Virus record (IMG/VR): IMGVR_UViG_3300032288_004964
Location: 1-64,000 of that record
Strand: one strand, 5' to 3'
Length of the DNA: 64,000 nt
The position numbers were made by a program, and so were the translations under genes. The notes under the pieces were generated by a model. That model did not search any database, was not told where the DNA came from, and worked only from the letters and a program-made list of their open reading frames with translations. This document shows positions 49,133-57,726 of this stretch, piece after piece (the stretch's first letter is position 1; each line of letters begins with the position of its first letter).

Positions 49133-49158
49133 AAAAACCCTCAAATTGAGGGTTTTTT
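49131..49158. terminator. Bidirectional terminator
   Basis: A7-CCCTCAA-a-TTGAGGG-T6. Confidence 0.85.
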
Positions 49159-51300
49159 CTAATTTTTATTAGCTCCAAACCAATTTATTCCACTATCTGT
49201 ATTGTTTTTATACCTATTCATGTTTTGTTTTCTTATTCTTAAAACTTGACTATAATCCACCGCTTGAACAAAGTCTAAATTCTTTAGGCATTGATTCACA
49301 TAGTTCATAAATTCTTTATCTGAAAAATTATTACCCCACTCTTCAACCATTTCTTTAAATTCATTCTTGGTAAATATTGAAGTTGAGTTCACAATTGTCA
49401 TAACCGTATCATCATGTCCAACATCTGCTGCGTATCTTGTATTACCCGCTGATGTTGTGTGTTTAACAAATGTTGTTATCTCTCTTATATTGTCCTCATT
49501 TGATATTACAAATCCTCTACTTTGCATAAGATCTTGATAATCTTTAACCATAATATTCTTATTCTCACCAACTTTTAATCCAACTTTTTCCTCTGTTGAG
49601 TCAGCTCTGTGTTTGTACCTTACAAATACTGATGAACCATAGTCATTATTCCCATCAAATACATGTGGCAGTTCGGCAAAAAGAGTATTACCATAATTAT
49701 TTAACTCTACTACAACTTTAATATTCTCTGGGTTGAGATATTCAAAAACTAACATATAAAGTAATTCAGCTAACTGTTTTACTGATATTAAATTACTTCT
49801 AAATAATCCAATTTGTTCTAGTCTGAAAAAATCTGTTATTGACTTATATGATGGTTTTTGAACTTCTATTAATTCAATGGGTTTTTCGGATATTCTAAAT
49901 ATATTTATAATAGAATAATCCTGACCCAATCCTTCTGATATATCCACAGACATAACAATTTTATATTCCTTTCTCCTAAGTGGTAAAAATACACTATCAT
50001 CATCTATCCATTTAAGTCCTTCATAGCTAAATTTCAACTTTTGATCAAACTCAGGTATTGGTTCAAATACATAATTCTTCTTACCCTTTAATAATTCTTC
50101 TATTATACTCTCATTTAATAATGATTTACTTGAGTTAATGAATCTTAATCCATATTCTTGATTAAAAGCATCTTCACCACCAATATCCTTTACAGCTTCT
50201 TCTTTCCAAGTTGTCATTTCAGATATTGCTCTTATTGGAACTTCATGTCCTTTTTTATCAATGAATGTCATGGATTTAACATCATCATCAGAACATTTAT
50301 CATTATTATAGACATAGATAACATCTTTCATATTATCTAAGATGTACTTCATTTCTACCTTTGTAACATCTCCCCAGGTATCTGACATTAATTTGAATAT
50401 ATCCTCTTTTGTAACACCGTGCTCATGTAATTTATGAGCATTCAGTCTAATATATGTTACGAATCTACCTGGTACTTGATACCAGTAAACCCTCATTGGT
50501 TTATAGTTATTCTTTTGTGGATCCCCTTCAGGTCTCTCAGCATCAGTTAGTAACCTATGAAATAGATTCATACCATTTGGAGTTGATGTAATAATAATCT
50601 TTGAGTTCTGAACGGCTGATACGGTTGGAAAAGCAGCTGTATAGTATGGTTCAATAATATTTGATGGGATATGAGCAAACTCATCTAAATAAAGCACATC
50701 AATAGTAAAACCAATAGCTGGAGTTTTAGTTCTTGCTGATGTTTTGATTCTACAACCATTGTCAAATGTTAGTGATTTTTGATTCCAAGTTTTAATTCCT
50801 GGTTTTAAGAAGAACGGTAGTAAAGAGTAGATTGATTTAATCTTATCTACAATCTCAACTGCTGTATCACCTTTATTCGCAACAATCATTATATTCTTAT
50901 CATTGTTAAATAGAATAGTATGTAACATGAAAATAGAAGATGAGATTGTTTTACCAACCTGACGAGAAGCCATTAGAATATTAAATCTACTATTAACAAA
51001 ATTGTCAAGTATTTCTTTTTGATACTCTCTTAATTTTATATTATTGATTGATCCATCTTCTGTCTTAACTTTACAATATTTCTCAGTGAAATAATGAACA
51101 TCTAAAGCACATTTAATATACTCAGATTGTTCATCTTGAGTCATTTTAAATGATACGCCCGATCTTCTTAAACCAACTTCGGATTTTAACCAAGGGTTTT
51201 GGTATCTTTTTATAACAATACCATCATTTATCTTATCTGTAGATTCATCAACTAACTTAGTTGTGAATACCATTTGTCTTTCTTTTTGCTCAACAGCCAT
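49159..51300 (-). CDS. Terminase large subunit (T4 gp17-like)
   Basis: LREYQ, SRQVGKT, LDEFAHI, TSTPNG.N.F, FNQEY, VDISEG.G.DYS, ELNNYG, GHDD.VM. Confidence 0.96.
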   Translation of the reverse strand: MAVEQKERQMVFTTKLVDESTDKINDGIVIKRYQNPWLKSEVGLRRSGVSFKMTQDEQSEYIKCALDVHYFTEKYCKVKTEDGSINNIKLREYQKEILDNFVNSRFNILMASRQVGKTISSSIFMLHTILFNNDKNIMIVANKGDTAVEIVDKIKSIYSLLPFFLKPGIKTWNQKSLTFDNGCRIKTSARTKTPAIGFTIDVLYLDEFAHIPSNIIEPYYTAAFPTVSAVQNSKIIITSTPNGMNLFHRLLTDAERPEGDPQKNNYKPMRVYWYQVPGRFVTYIRLNAHKLHEHGVTKEDIFKLMSDTWGDVTKVEMKYILDNMKDVIYVYNNDKCSDDDVKSMTFIDKKGHEVPIRAISEMTTWKEEAVKDIGGEDAFNQEYGLRFINSSKSLLNESIIEELLKGKKNYVFEPIPEFDQKLKFSYEGLKWIDDDSVFLPLRRKEYKIVMSVDISEGLGQDYSIINIFRISEKPIELIEVQKPSYKSITDFFRLEQIGLFRSNLISVKQLAELLYMLVFEYLNPENIKVVVELNNYGNTLFAELPHVFDGNNDYGSSVFVRYKHRADSTEEKVGLKVGENKNIMVKDYQDLMQSRGFVISNEDNIREITTFVKHTTSAGNTRYAADVGHDDTVMTIVNSTSIFTKNEFKEMVEEWGNNFSDKEFMNYVNQCLKNLDFVQAVDYSQVLRIRKQNMNRYKNNTDSGINWFGANKN

Positions 51301-51350
51301 TTTAAAGGAACTATTTCTTTTTAATATATATTGTAAAAAACCGCGGTTCT

Positions 51351-51983
51351 ATGTCAAAAACAGAAAATGAAAGAAATAGACTACAGGATGAGTTTGATCA
51401 GATTCAGTCCGAAAATGGTGAGTTCGATATATCTAAACACCTTGCTAAACCTGAGGATTTACCAGATTTAGGTGAGATAGAAATATATGATTATGATTCA
51501 GATATGACAGTTGCTGCTCAGCAATCTATGCAAGTATTAGAATCATTGGTAGATTTATATTTAAGTGATGTTCCTCAATTAAAAGAACATTCATATATTA
51601 AAACAAAAATGAGAGAAGATGCTTTAGTTTATGCTGAGTCTATATTTTTATCAAAGATGACTCGTAAGAACTTTCTTTCTCAATTAAGACAAATTGATAA
51701 TGGTGATAATTCAGCTAGAATGCATGAAGTTGTCAATCAGACAATTGGTCAAATTAGAGAAAACTCTAAATTCTCATCAACTCAAAGAACTGAACTCGAA
51801 AAGTTCTATAAAGGATTAAGAAAAGATTTAGGTCTTAATGATATTGAAAGTCCGGATGTTCAAAGAGCTCAAACAGAAAATAAAGAAAATGATTCAACTA
51901 ATGATGACTTAGGTGAAGTTATGGATAATAGAAAACTTAATGATTTAATTAAGGCAGCTATGAATAAAGACAAAAAAGATTAA
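51351..51983 (+). CDS. Putative terminase small subunit
   Basis: Divergent from terL; helical, with SARMHEVV and L.DLIK resembling gp16 (R.YEV). Confidence 0.5.
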   Translation: MSKTENERNRLQDEFDQIQSENGEFDISKHLAKPEDLPDLGEIEIYDYDSDMTVAAQQSMQVLESLVDLYLSDVPQLKEHSYIKTKMREDALVYAESIFLSKMTRKNFLSQLRQIDNGDNSARMHEVVNQTIGQIRENSKFSSTQRTELEKFYKGLRKDLGLNDIESPDVQRAQTENKENDSTNDDLGEVMDNRKLNDLIKAAMNKDKKD

Positions 51984-51985
51984 TT

Positions 51986-52016
51986 AAAAAACCCATCATT
52001 TTGTGATGGGTTTTTT
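51986..52016. terminator. Bidirectional terminator
   Basis: A6-CCCATCA-ttttg-TGATGGG-T6. Confidence 0.85.
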
Positions 52017-52019
52017 AAT

Positions 52020-52481
52020 TTATTTTCTTATCATATCTCTACTTACTGCAAAGTTATACAGAGTTGGTAGATTCAAGTATTTGTTAAAATTATCTCTTAT
52101 ATCTTTAAATTTTTTAGCCTTCTTAATTATATTAACTATCAACATTCCAAATTCTTCTTGAAAATCTAAATAGCAATCACACCAAGGTTTGTTATAATGT
52201 TCTAATGTTCTCCATTCGGTATACCCACCAGTTAACCAAAATAGACATTTCTCAGGTGTTATTAAATCTGTGTTTATGTCTTTTAGGTCTTTTTCCCATA
52301 TCGGATCATTCCAATCAATTTTTCTCATCAAGATTGATATAGCTTCCGCAATATCTTCTGTGATTTCTGTACCAATTTCAAAAAAATACTCATTATTAGT
52401 AGATTTATTGATTCTGACGATTTCATTTATATAATCATCATTTGATCTTTTTGACTCTAGAACAATTTTTTTCTTTTTCAT
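52020..52481 (-). CDS. Hypothetical protein
   Basis: 153-aa ORF. Confidence 0.7.
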   Translation of the reverse strand: MKKKKIVLESKRSNDDYINEIVRINKSTNNEYFFEIGTEITEDIAEAISILMRKIDWNDPIWEKDLKDINTDLITPEKCLFWLTGGYTEWRTLEHYNKPWCDCYLDFQEEFGMLIVNIIKKAKKFKDIRDNFNKYLNLPTLYNFAVSRDMIRK

Positions 52482-52512
52482 TACATTACTTTATTTTTTA
52501 TATCATTAAAGA

Positions 52513-52797
52513 TTACAATTTAATTCCGTCTATCCATTTACCTTTAAAATTGCCATTTTCAAATATTCCATTTTCCCATATGCCGTAAAAATTACCATTT
52601 TTAAAAATACCATAATACCAATCACCTGTTAGGTAATCACCATCATGCCATATTAATGTATTATGATTTATTTCAATGTTAGCGTTCTCAATTTCAGAGT
52701 CGATTAACCAAAAGAATTTTTCTTTTTCTAGGATTTCATTTATTTGAGAACTGTTTGTGTAAACCTTTCCGTTGAATTTTAACTCGGAGTATCTCAT
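52513..52797 (-). CDS. Hypothetical protein with (W/F)xxG repeats
   Basis: WHDGD..TGDWYYGIFKNGNF.GIWENGIFENG. Confidence 0.75.
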   Translation of the reverse strand: MRYSELKFNGKVYTNSSQINEILEKEKFFWLIDSEIENANIEINHNTLIWHDGDYLTGDWYYGIFKNGNFYGIWENGIFENGNFKGKWIDGIKL

Positions 52798-52907
52798 ATT
52801 ATTTCAATTTGTTATTAAAGTATATATTGAATTTTTAAACGCATAAAAACTTGACCTTGAAAATTATCAAAAAAATCAATATTGAAAAATAAAAATTTAT
52901 TTAAAAT

Positions 52908-52936
52908 AAAAAAACCGAGAATTTTCTCGGTTTTTT
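52908..52936 (-). terminator. Intrinsic terminator
   Basis: AAAACCGAGAA..TTCTCGGTTTT. Confidence 0.8.
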
Positions 52937-52957
52937 ATAAAATTGGAAAAAGTTATA

Positions 52958-53320
52958 TTATTTTGAGTTTTCATCAAGGAAATTTCTTTCATTTATAGAA
53001 AGAGATTCAATTCCATATTTAGATATTTTATCTAAAATATTATCAATTGTCATCTCAAATTTAGGTTGTTTCTTTTTAGCAGTTACAGATGGAATTGATT
53101 TAAGAGAATTAGTGAAAGTATCGGCAATTACTATCTCATCTTTATTACTCTTATATGTAAATGCGATTAATACACCATCAGTAATATTTATGTAAAGTTT
53201 AGCAAAACCATTTTTTTTATTACTTAAAAGACTTTTTTCTTCTAAATTGTATAATTTAGATACTTCTACTAATTTCTCATTATTAAACATTGTCAAATCT
53301 ATACAAATTATATTTTTCAT
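52958..53320 (-). CDS. Hypothetical protein (C-terminal ID.ILDKISKYGIESL...E..FL motif)
   Basis: Start moved to ATG 53320 because the track's TTG start overlaps a TATATTTG promoter box (53354-53361). Confidence 0.7.
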   Translation of the reverse strand: MKNIICIDLTMFNNEKLVEVSKLYNLEEKSLLSNKKNGFAKLYINITDGVLIAFTYKSNKDEIVIADTFTNSLKSIPSVTAKKKQPKFEMTIDNILDKISKYGIESLSINERNFLDENSK

Positions 53321-53374
53321 AGTTTTATCTTTTAGTAGTTTATTATTTATATACAAATATAAGGATATATATTC

Positions 53375-53450
53375 AATTAACCAAGTTTATTTTAACTTAT
53401 TTGAACTTATTTAATTAACCAAGTTTATTTTAACTTATTTGAACTTATTT
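53375..53450 (+). repeat. Perfect tandem duplication of 38 bp in a divergent intergenic region
   Basis: aattaaccaagtttattttaacttatttgaacttattt x2. Confidence 0.95.
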
Positions 53451-53532
53451 ATCCTATAAATAAAGATACATATTTTTTATTATTTATACAAATTTATTTT
53501 AATATATACAGTTGAAAAAAATATAATTTTCT

Positions 53533-56175
53533 ATGAAATATTTAAAGGGTAGAGATAATTACTTAAATGAACTAAAGGTAAATAGTGGACTTGTACCATA
53601 TGCAAAAAACGATTCTATTGCTTCTATAAATGAAGAAGTAATGACTAATACAATTACCTGGGGTGATTCATTATTAGGTAGACTAATAAACTCTGCTATT
53701 AGAAAAGCAAAGGTTGGTGTTAATTTAGTTAGAATAAGTAGTGTTATTAAATCTCTTTATAAGTTATTTGATGAGATGGTGGCAGATGGTGTTATTAAAG
53801 AGATGCCAGTTGTTAGTAGAATAAAGATTTACAAATTCGCTTTAATTAAGTTTATTGAAGAAATTGAAAAGGTTGCTGCTGATCCATCAGATTATGTATT
53901 AAATGAACCAGGTGTTGAAGTTGAAGTTGAAGATATAGATGAGATTAAGAATATGACTGATGGTGTAATAACTGAGATAGAGAAGTATATGAGTGATATC
54001 ATATCAACTGGTCAATCTAGTGGTGAGATTCCAAAGAATGAAATAGATGAGTTAGAATTAGATAAAAAGGACTTAATAGACGCACTTACTAAGTTTAGAG
54101 AATCTTTAGATGAAATAAAAGCTCCTGAAGGTGATAAAGAAGAAACATCCGTAGTTTCAGAGCCTAAAAAGGAAACGGGTCTGGTATATTCTGAAAATAT
54201 GGCGAATAACTTAAAGTCCGTTTATATGATATTATTTTATTATCACCAAACTATATTATCTAAAAAGCCAGCATCTGGAGTTAATAAAGCCGAAGTGGTA
54301 AAAAAACCACAACCAGAAAATATTGTTAAAAGCTCTGTAGTTGATAAAAGTAAAGTTGCTGAGTCCGTACTATTAAATGAGTCGGTGCTAAATCCTAACC
54401 TATCAAATGCTATTAAGCCATTATATACTTACTTTAAGAATGAAGGTCAATTTACCTTTCCTAGTGAATCAAAGGGTAGAGAAAATGAATTTCATAAATT
54501 TCTTAGTGGGAATAAAGATGGTATATTAAAAGTATATAAATCAATTAGTTTAATTAAAGAAGATTTAAAAACTCTACTAACAAAACCAGAAAAGGTTGGT
54601 GGTCATATATTTAATTTATATAAAACTACCAGAACTAAACCAAATGGTGATTTTCAAGGAGTTGATGGTGATTTTCAGAGTCAGATTAAGATATTTAATA
54701 CTACAATGAAGTCAATTTTAGACTCTATAAAGGTTGAAACAAAAGTAGAGACTAGTGAAGATGGTGTTGAGGTTGGTAAGAAGTATAAATATACTAATAA
54801 AGAAGGAGAGACTAAAGATGTGTTGGTTGTTGATAAAGATAAAGTTGTTCAACCAGGTCCTGATAAAAAATTCCTAACCGGTGATGATAAAAAGGGAAAA
54901 GAATTGGAAAGTGGTCTTGTTTCAGTAGCTTCTGATAAATCAAAGGTTACATTCCCTGTGAGCCCAGAATCTCTAAAGAAAGAATCTAAATTAATATCTA
55001 GCTATCTTGATTTTATAAAAGAAGCTGATGAGAATAAAGATACCTGGTTAGTAAAAGTTCATGAGTCGTGGAGAAATAATTTTTTAGGTAATTTTAAAAA
55101 TCTAAAGAAGTATAAATTAACACAAGAGGAAGTTGATAAATTAACACAAGAAGTTGAAAAGGCTAGTAAGAATACTAAATCTCTTAAAATAGTTGGTAAA
55201 GATCCGGTTATAGAGGTTGTTAGACTATTCAATAGAGCTTATAGATTACACACTACTCAAGTTATACCAACAGGTAGAAGTGGTGGAAAAGTTTCTAATA
55301 AAACCTTTATGGAATATACATGTTTTGGAAGTGGTAGTCCGGATACTGCTGGTCAATCAGGTGGTCCATATAGAAATAACGCTGTATTTTCAAAATGGGA
55401 AAATGCTGTTTTAGATATAGTATCATCATCTAAATATAGAATCATTTTTAATGAAGAAGCTACTATACAAGTAGGTGAGGGTAATCCTGTTAAAGATTTT
55501 GGTAGAAAATTATTAAATTTTATGAATGAGTTATTAGATGATACTCAATTATATAAAGAAGGTGAGCAAAAGAAATTCATAAATAAATATTTTAATGTTG
55601 ATATTCAAACTAAAGAACTAAATTCTCCTGGTAAAAATGATACTGGGTCTAATGATAAACTATCTAAACAACAGAAACAAAAAAATGTCGACTTTACTGA
55701 ACAAGATGAGATTAAATTTGAAGAAGGTCAGATTTTTAAATTTAATTATAAAGAAGGTACTTTATATGGATATGTTTATAGTATAAAGAATAATAAGACA
55801 TATATTAAATTTAGTAAGAATCACTTATTTGTTAAGAAATATCTACCAGGTGATATTAAATTTAAAACAAATCCTAAATCTGTTGATGGTCCGGTTTATT
55901 TTGCTGAGATTAAAGGAACTAAACTTACTAAGAATACATATAAACTTGATAGTTGTTTAGATGTCTCTAAAAAAGTCGAAAAAAATGAAGTAGATAAATC
56001 ATTTAATATAGAATTTAGACCATCTAAGATGTATTTACTTAAAGAAGATGGGTCCACTGAATCTTATACTGTTAATACACAGGCTGATGACTTTGACTCA
56101 AATAGATTTTTGGTGAAAAGAGATTCAAAGAAACCAAAAGGATTTGATGGTTGGTATAAACTATTCATTTCATAA
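53533..56175 (+). CDS. Large hypothetical protein, likely internal head protein
   Basis: 880 aa; MKYLKGRDNYLNE; multiple (L/I)xE sites; late promoter at 53500. Confidence 0.7.
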   Translation: MKYLKGRDNYLNELKVNSGLVPYAKNDSIASINEEVMTNTITWGDSLLGRLINSAIRKAKVGVNLVRISSVIKSLYKLFDEMVADGVIKEMPVVSRIKIYKFALIKFIEEIEKVAADPSDYVLNEPGVEVEVEDIDEIKNMTDGVITEIEKYMSDIISTGQSSGEIPKNEIDELELDKKDLIDALTKFRESLDEIKAPEGDKEETSVVSEPKKETGLVYSENMANNLKSVYMILFYYHQTILSKKPASGVNKAEVVKKPQPENIVKSSVVDKSKVAESVLLNESVLNPNLSNAIKPLYTYFKNEGQFTFPSESKGRENEFHKFLSGNKDGILKVYKSISLIKEDLKTLLTKPEKVGGHIFNLYKTTRTKPNGDFQGVDGDFQSQIKIFNTTMKSILDSIKVETKVETSEDGVEVGKKYKYTNKEGETKDVLVVDKDKVVQPGPDKKFLTGDDKKGKELESGLVSVASDKSKVTFPVSPESLKKESKLISSYLDFIKEADENKDTWLVKVHESWRNNFLGNFKNLKKYKLTQEEVDKLTQEVEKASKNTKSLKIVGKDPVIEVVRLFNRAYRLHTTQVIPTGRSGGKVSNKTFMEYTCFGSGSPDTAGQSGGPYRNNAVFSKWENAVLDIVSSSKYRIIFNEEATIQVGEGNPVKDFGRKLLNFMNELLDDTQLYKEGEQKKFINKYFNVDIQTKELNSPGKNDTGSNDKLSKQQKQKNVDFTEQDEIKFEEGQIFKFNYKEGTLYGYVYSIKNNKTYIKFSKNHLFVKKYLPGDIKFKTNPKSVDGPVYFAEIKGTKLTKNTYKLDSCLDVSKKVEKNEVDKSFNIEFRPSKMYLLKEDGSTESYTVNTQADDFDSNRFLVKRDSKKPKGFDGWYKLFIS

Positions 56176-56178
56176 ATT

Positions 56179-56206
56179 AAAAACCCATCACAAAATGATG
56201 GGTTTT
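56179..56206 (+). terminator. Intrinsic terminator
   Basis: AAAACCCATCA-caaaa-TGATGGGTTTT. Confidence 0.8.
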
Positions 56207-56225
56207 CTTTTTAATATATACATTA

Positions 56226-57074
56226 ATGAGAGCTTACTTTTTTGATATAGATAGTATATTAACATTTGATAATAAGGTTTGGATTGTAGATAAGTCTAAT
56301 CCTAATATACCTTTATTAAGAATAAATCAATCTGATTTTAATTTGATTAAATCTGGTGTTTACAAGAACCAAGGTAATAAAATAAACTTTGCTGGTAATT
56401 TTTACTGGGTTCCAACTGACTTAATGAATAAGATTAAGATTAAATGTAAAAACTCTAAATCTGACATTTCTAAGTTAGCCTTTTCAATGCAAGAATTTAT
56501 GAATAAAGAATTAATTGAAAATATTAATTATGATATTAATATTGAAAATATAATGCATGTTAAGAATACAGATGATCACATCTATTTAATTTGTTCTAAG
56601 AATACTAAAAGAAATTATGAGTCTATAATAAAGAAGATTGAGGATAAATTAAAAGACAATGGAATGGTCATTAAAAACTATTATTTCATCTCTGAGACAT
56701 TTTATAATAGAAATGAAGATAATATTTCACATAAGAAAGTTAGACTCTTATTACAACATCTAATAGGGTTAAAAACGGATGATAATAAGTTTACATCTGA
56801 AGAAATAGAGGAATATAATGAGGTTTGTTTTTATGATGATGAGATAGGTGCTATAAATTTAGCAAAAAAATCAAATGATGTTTTACAGATACTATTATCA
56901 AATACTGATCCTGATATCAAAACTAAAATAAAAGAAAAGCTTAAGTCTAAAGAACATATTTTATATGTTAATCTAGTAACTCATAATAAAGTTAATAAAT
57001 TTATTATGGATAAAGTAATAATAGGTTGGAGTAACCTTATAAAAGCATTTGAGAGCTTTAATTGGAAGTCATAA
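56226..57074 (+). CDS. HAD-like hypothetical protein
   Basis: YFFDID (DxD) and FYDDE motifs. Confidence 0.55.
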   Translation: MRAYFFDIDSILTFDNKVWIVDKSNPNIPLLRINQSDFNLIKSGVYKNQGNKINFAGNFYWVPTDLMNKIKIKCKNSKSDISKLAFSMQEFMNKELIENINYDINIENIMHVKNTDDHIYLICSKNTKRNYESIIKKIEDKLKDNGMVIKNYYFISETFYNRNEDNISHKKVRLLLQHLIGLKTDDNKFTSEEIEEYNEVCFYDDEIGAINLAKKSNDVLQILLSNTDPDIKTKIKEKLKSKEHILYVNLVTHNKVNKFIMDKVIIGWSNLIKAFESFNWKS

Positions 57075-57111
57075 TGTCCTTTTTTACAAAAAAATTATTA
57101 ATATATATAAT

Positions 57112-57666
57112 ATGATACATTTAAAATCATATTTACCATTTTTGGAAGAAATTGATATCAGTGCAAATGATTCTCCAAATCTAAAAATTGCTAAAACAAG
57201 TTTAAATTCTGAAAATGATGAGATACAAGAGTTTAAAACTAAACTAAAGCCAGGTTTGGATAGGCTTTACAAGGATATTAAAGATCCTGTAGAGAGAGAT
57301 AAAAAGGTTACTCAGTTATTAGGAGATGAAAATGTAAATAAGTATGCTAATGATTATAAGATTATTCTAAATGATATAGAAAGCCTGGAGAAAAAGCAAA
57401 ATTCAATATTATCTGATGTAGCTGATATAAATGCTGATAAGAGTTTATTAGCATCATCATCAAGTACTGCAGATAATAAGGATATAAAAGCTAGAATAAA
57501 TCAACAAATAGCTGAAAGAAATATGAAAAAGTCTAAAACTATATCTGAGATTAATAAATTAAAAACAGATATTGATAAAAGACAGTCAGATTTTAAACAA
57601 AAAATGACAAAAAATATTCAAGATGTTGAAAATGATATAAAAACTTTATCTAAAGGTCAAAAATAG
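57112..57666 (+). CDS. Coiled-coil hypothetical protein (start reassigned to MIHLKSYLPFLEE)
   Basis: ATG lies just after TAATATATA (57099-57107). Confidence 0.7.
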   Translation: MIHLKSYLPFLEEIDISANDSPNLKIAKTSLNSENDEIQEFKTKLKPGLDRLYKDIKDPVERDKKVTQLLGDENVNKYANDYKIILNDIESLEKKQNSILSDVADINADKSLLASSSSTADNKDIKARINQQIAERNMKKSKTISEINKLKTDIDKRQSDFKQKMTKNIQDVENDIKTLSKGQK

Positions 57667-57726
57667 AAAAAATATGATTTTTGATATTTTATATATACTA
57701 AACAAAACAAAAATAAAAGAATAAAT

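Noticed and set aside
50209-50463. Intein in terminase
   Set aside because: No N-terminal Cys/Ser, no His-Asn/Cys junction and no LAGLIDADG motifs.
45643-57666. Track starts at 46086, 53356 and 57049
   Set aside because: They overlap upstream genes or promoters; downstream ATGs (46023, 53320, 57112) fit promoter position and N-terminal motifs better.
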